Shown: positions 35,269 to 47,300 of the stretch, piece after piece
Layout: each line of letters begins with the position of its first letter
Position numbering within the stretch: position 1 is the stretch's first letter
Assembly: GCA_004431415.1 (NCBI GenBank)
Contig: QPMI01000121.1
Coordinates: 1 to 64,000, forward strand
Direction: 5' to 3'
Origin: Cyanophora paradoxa CCMP329
Lineage: Eukaryota; Plantae; Glaucophyta
DNA length: 64,000 bases
Translations under genes and position numbers: made by a program
The notes under the pieces: model-generated
Told to the model about the DNA's origin: nothing
Seen by the model: the letters and a program-made list of their open reading frames with translations, nothing else
Databases searched by the model: none

Positions 35269-36115
35269 CTAAGCGCTAGCCACGCGGCGAGCACGCTGGC
35301 TGGGCTGGGAATAGAAGTACGTAGGGGTATTGATACGCGAGCGCTGGCCCGTCCGCAGAAGGACCGGGGACGAAGCCGAGCCCTGCGGAGGTGTGCTATC
35401 GCCCGCAGAATCGCGCCTGGCGCCCGCAGACGTGGTCTCGCTCTTGTTCGCGGCCGCGGTACTCAACTCCTCAAGTGTCCCTGCGGCGGGCGCGCGTGGC
35501 TTCGGCTAGCGCTCGCGGACTCGGGACTGCAGAAACCGAAAGGACGTACTCAGAGGAGCTCGCGGGCTCGCCTTGGGGGTCCCGGCAGACCGGGGCGGTG
35601 TCGCCGCCGGACCTGCACCGGCCCGCACTTCGGTGCGCGCGGCGCGGGGCTGCGCGGGGCCGCGGAACGAACGCACTGGCGGTGTTCTCGATGCGATTAC
35701 AGTTCTCTTTGTTCCTCGGAGAAGCCGAGGCTGCGGCTGCGCGCGGCCGCGGGTCGTCGAAGTGAGCAGCGCTGGAGACGCGGCGGGGGCGAGCTAGCCG
35801 CGCGTACGCGACTCCCCGCACCTTCTGGACGCTCCGCGGGGCGCTTGGGCCTCGCGCCCGGGCCCCGCGCACTCGCGTTCGTCGCTTCTCCGCTGGGGGG
35901 CCCTGCACGAACTTGTCAGTCTCTCAGGGGCGCTGCCAGATTTCGAGCTGCCATCAAGCACAGAGATAGCTCGCTTGAATGTCTAAACTTTGGCGGAAGC
36001 GCTTTGGAAATCGGCGGAGTGGTTTTCGCGCACGGTTCTTGTGGAAGTTGCTGAGCTTGCTCAACTTCTTAGATTTGGCCGCGGCGGTGCCCGAAAGCAC
36101 CCGTTCCTGCTCCAT
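35269..36115 (-). CDS. Putative second transposon-borne spliced gene, low-complexity/basic, function unknown
   Basis: ATG at 36115 (MEQERVLSGTAAAKSKKLSKLSNFHKN); several GTGCG..CAG intron-like segments on the minus strand; last exon TLEELSTAAANKSE..RVASA* ends at 35269. Exon phases not fully resolved. Confidence 0.4.
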
Positions 36116-36364
36116 ATGCGACCTGGAGGCTAGCTGCGACGCTCTCTGCTGCGCGCGGGAGCTGCCGCGCGTGCTGGTCGCGCGCTTCGCCGAGTCGCGT
36201 ACGTCTACCCCCGGTGTTTTAACTTTTGCTAGGGGAGAATTATTCGAGTCCCAAGTCGAGTCCCAGCCAAGTCGAATTGCGGGGACCGACTTTTTTTCGC
36301 GAGCTGTGATACGTATACTGTAGAACTAGTTTATTTAGTACAGGAAAATAATTAGTATGCCCCC

Positions 36365-36411
36365 AATCAGTGGTGATACGTATACTGTAGAACTAGTTTA
36401 TTTAGTACAGG
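36365..36411. repeat. Intact copy of a 47-bp tandem duplication = empty target site of the 33606-36308 element
   Basis: AATCAGTGGTGAT-ACGTATACTGTAGAACTAGTTTATTTAGTACAGG equals 33593-33605 joined to 36311-36344. Confidence 0.92.
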
Positions 36412-36675
36412 TTATTTTGCTTTTTTGTCTTTATGCCCCCTGGCCCCTGGGCAGCCCCCGCAGTGCTGGTGTCTAGACTCTAGAGACTGTGGCCGGTAAT
36501 TCACCCCAAAAATAATAATTAGTAGTTCGCCAAAACTGTCACTTAATTATAAACTCACTTAAGCAGGGGCAAAATCTTTATAGTAGGTCGGGCTTCACAG
36601 GGGTTTTAATTGTATGGCGGAGAAGGGACTACCCCTAAGAAATCTCGGCTTTAGCAGGCGTGTGTCCGACGGTCA

Positions 36676-36917
36676 CACAGCTCGTTTTTTTTCCTAATCG
36701 ACTCGACATGCCCGTTGTATGGGCAAGGGTAGCCGGCGATCGCGATAACTTTTCACCCGTCGCAGAACGGCTAGTCTCCTCGCAACAGCTTGTAGCCGGC
36801 AAGCTAGCGGGTAGATTGCACTAGCTAAAGCCGGGGAATTCCAAATACCCGCGGGGAATTTTAAGGAAAACCGGATGCTCGCCGTGTTGGGTCGACCGGT
36901 AAAAAAAACGAGCTGTG
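36676..36917. mobile_element. 242-bp MITE of the CACAGCTCG terminus group, 2-bp TSD (CA)
   Basis: CA|CACAGCTCGTTTTTTTT ... AAAAAAAACGAGCTGTG|CA; 17-bp perfect TIR. Confidence 0.9.
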
Positions 36918-37972
36918 CACTCATTGAAGAAAAGAAGAATTTTGATTGGACAAACCATGGTACGTATACTTGCGCATGCAGGATACTAGTAGCTCGGCGC
37001 CGACTGGTACTAGCCGTGAGGTCGTCCAACGGTCGCCGCCGACTCGCCGGCCCCAAGTCCCCGCGGGGCCGGTACCCCGGTTCATTCAGAGTTGGGGGTA
37101 CGCCACAGTGCGCGCTCCGAGCCTCCTCCGGATCCAGGCTGCTGCAGAAGCGAAGAAGCGACTAGTCGCCGACTACTGCACTTCGAGAAGCGACTGCTGC
37201 ACTGCCGGCAGGCCGGCAGGCACACAGACTGTACATGTGACACAGTGCCACACTGCCACACACAGCGCTCAGCGGCTACAACTTAGCCTACAAGTAGTAT
37301 TCGACTTGGCAAGCTCGCCTGCAAGCTCGCCTTCCGAACGAAAGCCGAAATTCGTAGGTAGGCTGTAGCTACCAGCCTACCAGCCGTGCGGGATAACGCC
37401 GGGATTCTCAGGAAGCTTCGCTCATCGTACACACGGTGCGTACATCGGCGCTGCATGGCCAGCTCGCAGCGCCGCTGAGCTCAACTCGCAGCTGGCAGCA
37501 ACGAGTGGGGCACACACACTAGTTACATATATGCGGGCCAGCCTGCTGAAGTATCAGGGCTGAGGCGCCGTCGGCAGCATCGTGCGCGAGTTGCAGCACT
37601 TCGACATCGACCGCGCGCGCGTGCGCGGTCCGGTCGACAGCTGCAGCCTGGCCATGGCCTGGATGCTCGCGCTTTTCTGTACCGGCTAAACCGCTCAGCT
37701 GCAGCGCGCAAGCATCCGCACGTGTGTATGAGCTGCAGCTGCAGCGGGCGCCGCGGCGCGGCTGGGCGGTCGCGGGTTCATCGGGCTCGACGTGTGCCTC
37801 GGCGATAGGCGATGACCGTGCACATGCAAGGGAGGTCGAGCCCCGGAGGCGGCGCGGGAGGAGGCCCTAGCGGAGGCATAGAAGATAGGACCGCCGGGCA
37901 GCTCATGTGGGCGGACTCGCCTGGCGTCGCCGCGCGTGCACGTGCGCGGCGCGCAAGCTCGAGCGCGCACAC

Positions 37973-38350
37973 ATGTGCGCGCGGGAGGCCGTTCACGTGC
38001 GTGCCACGGTGCCCCGCCCGCAGCCGTTCGCTGTTCGCCGACCGTGCCCCACCAGCTCCTTGCGCCCGACGCGCCCCGCGGCCGCTGCCCTCCTCCTCGT
38101 CGTCCTCCTGGGCCTCCTGCGGGCCGCCTATGGCGCGGGACCCCGCTCGCAGGGTGCGCTGCTGGCTTTTTTCACTCCCCTTCCGCCCCCCCCCCCCCCC
38201 CCCTTCCCGCCCCTTCCCCGCCCCCCCCCCGCCCCTCCCTCCCGATTCCCCTCGCCTCCCTCGTCCCCCTCCACCCCCCCCCCCCCCCCTCCACCCACCC
38301 CCATCCCCTCAGCTCCTTCGCCTCATTTGCCGAGCTAGACCTGTGGTCCC

Positions 38351-38382
<32 letters not shown>

Positions 38383-41300
38383 ACACACCCCTCTCCCCCC
38401 ATTTTTCCTCTTTTCGGCCCCCTCCTCCGAACATGGCCAGAGCCATCTCCGTCCCTCATGCCGCCCGCGCCCGCCCCTCCACGACCCCTTGTCCCCCTTT
38501 CTCTCCAACGAACTCCCCGCCGTCTGGCTCTCCTTATATTACCTCCCCTCGCTGCCGCCTTTTCCCCCCACTTCCCGCCCAGTCTCCTCGCCCCCCCCTC
38601 CCCCCCCTCCCCCCCCCCTCCAACTCCTCCCCCATTCGAGACCGACCCTACCCCGCCATCGGCGCCCCCCGACCCCAATTCCCTCCCCATCCCCCCATCC
38701 CTCCTCCTCCTCCTCCCCCCCTCTCATCTCCTCCTCCCTCCTCGGCCCCCGCCTCCCTCGCAGTGCCTCCAACTGCTCCGCCCGGCCCTCACCCTCTGCA
38801 TCGCCCCCCTCTCCCCTCCCCCCTCCCCGTCTTCTTCCCCCCCCGCCCCCCCCGCCGCCCCCCTGCCCTCCCCCCCCCACTGCCTCCGCTTCCCTCTCAC
38901 CCGAGCTCCGATGCCGCCACGAGCTCCTCCGTCTTCCGCCAGGCCTCCCGCGCCCTTCCCTCACCGTAGACCATGGCCGAAAGCTTTAAGTCATCAGCGC
39001 TCCCTCCCACCGCCCGTGCCTGCCCCATCCAACTCTTCTTCCCTCCTGTTTCCCTACCCAGCTCGCCCCGCTCCCCCCACCCCGAGTGCTTTCCTGCCGC
39101 CTGGCTCTCTCTCTCTCATCGATATCGCACAGCAGCTCTGCCCTATCGGACCTCCGGTTTTTAGTTTTCCGACGTGACGGATGCGTGCAGGAGCTGTCTT
39201 CGGGGCTATCGGCGGCGGAGCCGCGTCCGCCCTGCGCTATGTGGAGGTGCCGCCCTTTCCCCTCGGCGGCTCCATGGTGCGCCGCGCCGCGCCGCGCCGC
39301 GGGTGAACCGGCCAAACCGGCTGAGCTGTTCCCCGCAGACCTTCGAGTTCTGGATCCGAGTTCCGGTTGCCGTCGGGATGTATTCGAGGTACACACGCTC
39401 CTGCTAGGACCCGATCGTTCTACCCCAATCTCGCTGGCGTTCAACCGCGATCGCTGTTCACAATTGCCAGGGTGCTCGACTTCGGGAACGCCGCTGAAGC
39501 AAACAACATACTCCTTCACTTCTGCCCCGCATCCGTGCCGAGCTGTAACGTGCGATTCCGCAAGTTGCAATTGATTAGGCCACGAGCGCACGGCCGAGTC
39601 TCCCACTCTGAATGCGTCTCGCCCGGGTGCGCAGGTACCGGACGGAAAGATGAACCTGTTTCTGCAGCTCTGGATTGCCAATAGTATGGTGGCCCAGGCG
39701 GACTTGTTCGGGGGCTCGAACGGCATTCCGGTCAGTGCAATTCGAAGCCAGCAGGCTGTCGGCGACACTCGACTGACGGAATGAACTCATCCGTCTCGTG
39801 CACAGATCGACAACAGCTTTCATCACATCGTCGTCTCGGTTTCGACATCGTCGACGGCCTCGTACCGTGCGCGCTGCGGCACTGCTGCTTCGCGCCGCGC
39901 AGAGTTCGTTTGAGCGTTCGAGCCCCGCGATCCCGCAGTGAACGGGACCGCCCGCACGGTCCTGCCTGTTCCTGTGGGGCGCCCGACCGGCGCCGACCTT
40001 CCACGCATTACTCGCTCAAAGATGTATATCGGGAGAAGCCTTTGGGCGGTTGATCCAAACCCTGTTTCTGTGCGGCTTGCAGGTACGCTCATAAAACTAC
40101 CCAAGTGCTTGCAAAAGTCTATTAGACTCCTTTGGACGAATCGCATCGGCAGCCTGAGACCCCGTGCAGATTTCCGCATCTACTCCCGCGCCCTGTCTGC
40201 GGCAGAAGCGGCTGCGGCGTACATGGGATTTGTCCCCGCTGCCCCGCTCGAGCTCTCCTACTCGATGAAGGGATGCAGAGGCCAGGTGCGCGCGTGCAAG
40301 CGGTTGCGCCCTTAGAGCTTCCCTCCCTCTCATCGAGAGCCCCTGGGGACAGATCGTCGACGACTCGCTCTACAAACGGCACGGGACGGTGTACGGAGAC
40401 CTGTACCCCCTGCAAGAGTGCCCCGGATCCAAGCAGGGCGCGCCTTCTAGTTGCCTTTTCCAGAGCGAGCGTGGTGAGATCGGCATGTGCAGGCCTTTAT
40501 TTCGGGACATCCACGGCGGGCGGCAACGTCTTGAAGACCGATCGATACGTCCTTGCGCCTCCCTTCACGCTGGGCGCTCCCATGGTCGGCCTCTAGATCT
40601 AGATTCGCAAGTTTGCCCTCAAGGCCATGCCGTGATGATTACGCGCGTTTGCAGACGTTCTCGTTCTGGATCTCTCTTCGGCAGCAAACGTATACAGTAT
40701 GGACTCGGTATCATGACATCGCATCCCCGACCGTAGCCTATAGCGTCACATGCATGTCCGCCTTCTAACACTATACATAAATCGAACAGCATTTTTGACT
40801 TCGGATCGGCCTCTGGCAATGGATTTTCTGTCAACCTCTGTGATAATGTCAACACTCATTGCATCGTACGCGCGTTTTTTATGGAAATGCAATACCGGCT
40901 GCTTTTGATAACGGATCTCGGCGAGACAGGCCGGCGCCGGGCGGGTCAACGTTAGATTGTACGCGTATTCGCTTGAAGCTTGGCACCCCGTCAACGTCTT
41001 TCCGAACGATGGCGGCATCCCGGTTCGCGTGCCGTAGGCTTCCTAATCTTTTTGCCGAAATACCGAGTCCGAATGCGCATGCATCGCTCGCAATTGCAGG
41101 TCAACGACGGGAACTACCACCACTGCGCGGTGACGTCTGCGTGTTTTAAAGAAAGCGCGCTCGTGTCTCATACGAGAATGCAGGTCGTTGTTACCACGTC
41201 GTCCACTTCGTTCTTCTTCAATGGGACCTTGATCAAAACGACGACGGTGTTCCCCGCGACCACAGTCTCAAGCCTTACGACGGGCTCCTTTTTTATAGGA

Positions 41301-44300
41301 GATTCCAACCTGGGCACCATCGCGAGCCCAGACCCCCACCCGACCAACGCGCACTTGGCCGGTGGGCACGCTTGCCTGGGATATCGACGGGCCGTGTCAT
41401 TGCTAAACCGCACACAGATTTTCGCGTCTTTTCAAAGGAACTGACGCCGGCAGAGGTGCTCGATGATTTTCGCGGCAACTCGCCTGCTGAAGCACTCGAG
41501 CTGCATTACGCTTTCGAAGGATGCCGCGGCAAGGTGCGCGAGCGAGCGCTCTTTCACAGCCGTGGCCTTGCGCCTCGCGCACCAGAGCTCGAGCGCCGCG
41601 TCAGGTGTTCGACGAGTCCGGGCGCGGCCGCCACGGCAACGCCGTCGGCGACCTCGTCATACCGGACGCGTGCGACAGCCCTCGCACCGGTCTGTCGCGT
41701 TCCTCGGTCCATTCAGCGCACCTGCGAGCTGAGCGCGGGCGCGCTCAGGCGCCTTCTTTGGGGTCTCTCGGGACCTCCGTCGCCGCGTGCAGGTCCCTTC
41801 CTTCGCGCTTGGCACGCCGTTCACTCTGTCGGCGTGGTGCGCGCGCGCCCTTCGGTTGTTTGCACAATTGAATTTGGGAATCGTTTTGCCAACGCGCTGC
41901 GCTGCAGGATCCGGTTGATGCAAGCGCCGACGGTATTCGAACGCCTAGTCGAATTCCACGGCACAGATCCAGCGACCGGGAATTTCTTCTTCAACAACCT
42001 TCAGTGGTATTTCAAATCTCTAGACTGGTCTATATTGACCGGGGAACATCTCGGAGTGGTTGATACCGAGTGCAGGTACTTCTGCCCTCAGGGCGGCTTG
42101 GATTACGACGAAACACAGAACCAATTCACCATCCCGTGCAATGTGCGTCCTTGCGTTTGCGAGCGACATCCATGTCATTAAATTGGCGGCAGGCCCCCGT
42201 TGGAATGACCGCCATGGGCCTGGGTCTTGCGGTGGACACGACGTGGGTCGTGCGGTTGCAGATGTTTACGGGAGCGAACGCGCTTCCCGTCGACGGGTCG
42301 TGGCACCTCGTCACTGTAGTCGTGACCGATTCCCTCGTCACAACGTACCTGGACGGGCAGCCGATGCCGCATTCGAAGACGGGAACGAGCCTCTCCAACC
42401 GTGCCGCGCCCATACCGACAGTGACGCGGCCGTTCCACCGACTCGGATCCGCCTGGGACACCCGCGACACGCGAGTTATGTTCGTGTCCGGTCAGTGCTT
42501 CGGCTTGCCTGCAAGATTTCCACTTCGACGTCGACTGTGTGTTGATGAAAATCATGATCATGCAGACTTCGGCGTTTGGAGCGAGGCTCTGACTGCAGTG
42601 CAAGTCCAGCTTCTGTACCGAGACGACCCACAGCCAAGAGCTCTTTCGTCCCTCGAACTGCTTCTGCCTTTCGCGGGCTGCGGAACGACGGTAAGTGGTT
42701 CAGCTCTGCGTGCAGATTCGATTAGAAATAGGATGCTAAATCCAGCGAACAGGCAACGGATACTAGCGGCCGGGAAAGGCACGCAAGCCTCGTGGGAGAC
42801 GTCGTCATTCTGACGGATTGTGTCCCACCCGCTGGCAACGCAAGTGCGTACTCTTGGGTTCCTCATTCAACCGCTCCTTCTTTTCTTGAATTATGCTTTT
42901 TGCGTCCAGGTCGAACGCGAATCGAGACCGGCAGGACTGCTACTGGCGTCTACTTCGGAATGGCAGGAACAACCAATGACTACCTGCAGTCAGCAGCATT
43001 CGAGCTCGGCACGCCATTCACGTTCAGCTTTTGGTGATTCCGCCTTATTGCAAGTGCCTTGATCTTGATCCGCATCACAAGTAACCTAATGGGGCGGCGA
43101 CACAGGATCCTGCTGCAGAAGTCGCAGAATATGTGGGCACGGATCGCAGACTTCGGCTCGGGAGCTCCGTTAGGTGAAGCGTCTTTATGATCATGTCGTA
43201 TTCTGACTCTGATCATTGCTCGTGAACCAATTAATGCGGTTAATTTCGTAGACAATTTCGTTCTGGCCTTTTGCCCCAACGGCTTCGGATACGACGATGT
43301 GGCGATAGGAGCATCTCCAACGTGTTCGGTGATTTCTGGAGCTCTTCTTATGCTCTGGCGAATACGCCTTGCTTTCGTTTAGCGCTCATCTAACTCGTTT
43401 TCTTGCGGACCTTTCTCTAGGTGGACGCGGGCAAGATAGGCCTCGTGCTGGTCCTGTACACCGGGGCTGGATCGCCGACGGCGATGATTCGACTGTTTCA
43501 GGGTGCGCCCATGCTTTTCAGTCGCGTTCACTGGCGTTGCGTTGATGCTTCTCCAGGCTCCGATGGCATCCCCGTCGACGGGCGCTGGCACCACGTCGCG
43601 ATCACTTTGGCGGACGATGCCATTCTTACGTACCTGAACGGAACGCTGCGGCCCCACTCCAAAACGGGCACGAATCTTGCCGCTGCCGCCGCCCCGTGGC
43701 CCAAAAAGCAACGTGAAAAGCATTGGATCGCGCGCGGGATGTGGGGCGACACAGGCGCTGTAGCCTCAGCGCTCTATGGTTCGCCGCGTGTTGGTTGCGG
43801 AATTCGTCCCTCTAGATCTGGGTATCTAACGCCCTCGCAGACTGGAGGATATACTCCACGGTCCTGACGCAGGCCGAAGTGCTGGATGTCCTCGCTGGCA
43901 ACGTATCTGTCGCCGCGCCGCTGGAGCAGCGGCTGGCTTTCAATGGCTGCGGTCCTGTGGTGCGTAGTTGCGCGTTCGAAAGAATGAAGTTAAAGCTACT
44001 CACATACTGTGATTCCACGACTGCGTGCAGGCATTGGACTCGAGTGGCTTCAGACGTCACGCCACGTTGTACGGCGACACCTCTTTGCCGGTCGACTGTA
44101 CCCCAGCGGTCCCGGGTGCCCATGATCATACCCGTCATCGATGCTAGCGCTTGCGTTGCGTGGCCTAAACCTGTCGACAGATTCATCGGTCTTCTTTTGG
44201 GGGAATGGCTGGAACGACTACGTCGCGGCTGCGCCGTTTGCATTCGGCGGCGAGGTCACGGTCTCCTTCTGGCTCAATCCCCGGAAGACGCAAGCTACCT

Positions 44301-47300
44301 GGGCGTACGTCTTCCCATTCTATGCCACTGAAGCTTGGGATAGATAATCTAATATCGCTGTGCATGCAGGCGCATCTTCGACTTCGGGGGCAGTTCTGTC
44401 CAGAACAGCATTGCCGTCGGATTCCTTCCCAAGGGAGCCGTCGTGACCGACCTTTCCATTGCAAACGCTCAGATCACGGGCTCGGTGGGCCCGTTGCGTG
44501 CGCTTGTGGTCGACTGCAATCGTTTCTGAAAATGGCTCCGATCGCGTCAGGCGAACGACGGCACTTTGGGCCTCGTCGTGCTGGCATACAGCGGCAACAC
44601 TGCCGTCGTCCATCTCGAGGCGTTTGGAGGCGTGCACGGAATTCCGGTAGCAACTTTCGAGACCATTTTCTTGGGCGGCCGCAGGGGTTCTGAACTTCCA
44701 ACTAACTCTCTTTTGCAGATTGGGGTGCTTTCTCATGTGACTCTGGTCTTCACCGAAGCAGAGACGTTCACTTACTTGTAATCGAATCCAGAGACCCGAC
44801 CCATGTATGCTGCCGTGTTTTGATCCGCACAACCCAGAAATGGCTCGCGGCGGCCGCATTCGAAGACGGCCGCGGGGCTCGCCGGCACCGGAGGGACAAT
44901 TCCACGAGTTGTGCGGGACGCGCACTACATCGCAAGGGGCCAGCAGGGCGAGCCGGGCCTCGCCGACGGATACCTCGCCGGTTCCTCCTCTTTGGCTAAA
45001 TTTATATTTGGGCCGTCGCCTCGCTCCACGTCATGCCGTGCCCCCGCAGAGTTTCGGGTGTACAGCGGCGCGCTGTCCATGGAGGAGGTGCTCGAAGAAT
45101 TCCAGAAAGGGAAGGCCAGCGCCAGTGCGACGCTCGAACTCCGCTACGTCTTCGACGGCTGTGATCGAAATGTGTGCCATCAGCTCTGCTAGCACGCTCG
45201 TGCCCCTGGGAGGTCTTGTCGTGCTGACGTGGAGCTTGTGGCTAGGTTACAGATCGGTCATGGAACGGGCGAAACGGATCTATAGTGGGCGACGTTTCTC
45301 AGATCGGCGGGTGGTGCCCGTTGAAGCTTCCTGCAACATGTGCGTTTTCGAGCTCTCTCCGCCCGCTTGTGTGCGGCGCCGACGTTTAGCGCAGCACTGG
45401 TCTTCGGCACCAAGGTCCTGCCAGGCCGCACAGTCGACCAGACCGAGCGGTTCCTATTTGCGCCTTCGTTTGAGCTGGGCACGCCGGCGACTTTCGCCTT
45501 CTGGTACGGTCATATCTTCATGCATTGAACGCTAATTCGACTCGAATGTCAAATCACTAACGAGATGAATGAACTCCTGTGAACTCAGGTTGCGCATCAA
45601 TGTGAGCCAAACCAACCCGAGCGCGCTCTCACGCGTCTTTGATTTCGGCAACGGAGCTGGATCGGAAAATATCGTACGTAACTATGTCAATTTGAACTTT
45701 TTCATGGCTGATTCTCGCTTGCTCGACTAAAGATTGTGGGTTTCTGCGGCCCCCCGGGTACAACCCCTTCCGATCCAGACTGCCAGGTGCGGTCGAGCTT
45801 TGGGTCTGTGCACGGCAAGACTTGCGGATTTGATTCTCCGCACAGCCGTACAGGAAAGCAGGCTACGAGACGCTGCTGCTAATCGTCTATGACGGGACCC
45901 AGCTGAAGCAGCGCGTGCCTCTTTTCCTTGCGAACGACAGCATCCCGTCCGACAACTCCTGGCACCACGTTGCGCTGGTGCTGACGTCGGATGCGTACTA
46001 CGCGTACCTCGACGGCGTCCTCCGGCCCAACGCGAGAGCGTCGGGCCTCACGCCCGGGTCGGGCACGGTCCCCAAGCGGACGCGGACCAGGCACTACGTC
46101 GGCGCCGGCTGGTGGGCCGGGCCCTTCACGTACGGCGTCGAGCTCGCGGACTTCCGCGTGTACTCGGCGGCGCTCTCGGCTGCCCAGGTCGCCGACGTGG
46201 CGCAAGGCAACATGCCACGGGACATGCCGTCCCTCGAGCTGCACTACACGTTCGACACCTGCGGCGGCTCGGTGCGCAGAAGCGACAGTGGCGCCGTCCG
46301 CACTCACTTGAGCGCTTCAGGCGGTGGACTACTCGGGCAAGGGGCGTCCGGGAACGATGTACGGCGACCTCGCCCCGTCGCTGAAGTGCCCCGTGCCCTC
46401 CGCCGGTGCTCATCTTTTTGCATTTGTCCGCGCTCTTCCCAGTTCTCCCAGCCCATGACTTCCGCTTAGGAGCCTACTTTGGGACAAGGCACGGGCCTCC
46501 GATTTGCTAACCGCGCGCTGTCGCGCCGCTGATACTGTTTCGCCCAGCGACATTGGGGGCAGCCCCGGTTCGAAGCACAGATACATCGAGGCTCCACAAT
46601 TCGCGATCTTTTCGCCAGTCACCATCGACCTCTGGTGTGATTTCGAACACGACCATTTTCCCCGGAACGGCCCCTTTTTTATTACTTAGCGGGAATGGCC
46701 GGCAGGATCAAATTCCCACCGCAGGCCCCTGTGGTGATGTGGAGGCGCATCATAGGTGCCTCTTGATCTGCAAATACAATACCGCAATTTCCTTGCGAGT
46801 TCTCATTTCGGGAGTTTCACCAGATTTCGGCTGTAATATAGATTGCAACAATCTTGTTCGTCGAAATTCTGCCTTTTCATCCGTGTACATGTTCATATCT
46901 CTCATGCACTTGCAGATCGTCGGCTTTTGTCCTCCCGGAGGATCTAGCGCCGCATCCGGACCCACGAACAAGTGCAACGTGAGTCGCGTTCGAGTTCTGC
47001 GACTATGATTTCGAGATTGAGGGGTCCTGCGCTCAGGATAAGGCGAGCACAACAGGACTGGCGTTATTTATACACATCGTTACCAATTCGATTCAATACG
47101 AAACAATCGCTTTTAAGGACGATAACTCAATTCCCCGCGACGGTCGCTTCCACCACATCGCCTTCGTCTTCACGGGCACGGAACTGCGCACGTACCGTAA
47201 CGGATCCTTCGTGCCGCACTTGAAAACCGGCCAGGGTGGGGTCTCTGTGGCCAACCTCAACAGGCCCAATATGTACATAGCACGCAGTCACTGGGGCCCC

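Larger units (their letters stand above)
33606..36308. mobile_element. 2703-bp non-autonomous TIR DNA transposon with cargo genes; CACAG termini, 2-bp TSD (CMC/EnSpm-CACTA-like)
   Basis: 28-bp perfect TIR CACAGCTCGCGAAAAAAAGTCGGTCCCC (34/36 on extension); AT duplicated at 33604-33605 and 36309-36310; uninterrupted copy of the target at 36365-36411. Confidence 0.93.

Noticed and set aside
37812-39177. Long poly-Pro ORFs as an extensin/hydroxyproline-rich protein
   Set aside because: All three plus-strand frames give similar Pro-rich translations without codon periodicity, and the tract lies between a donor and the first LamG exon, so a C-rich intron is more parsimonious; not fully excluded.
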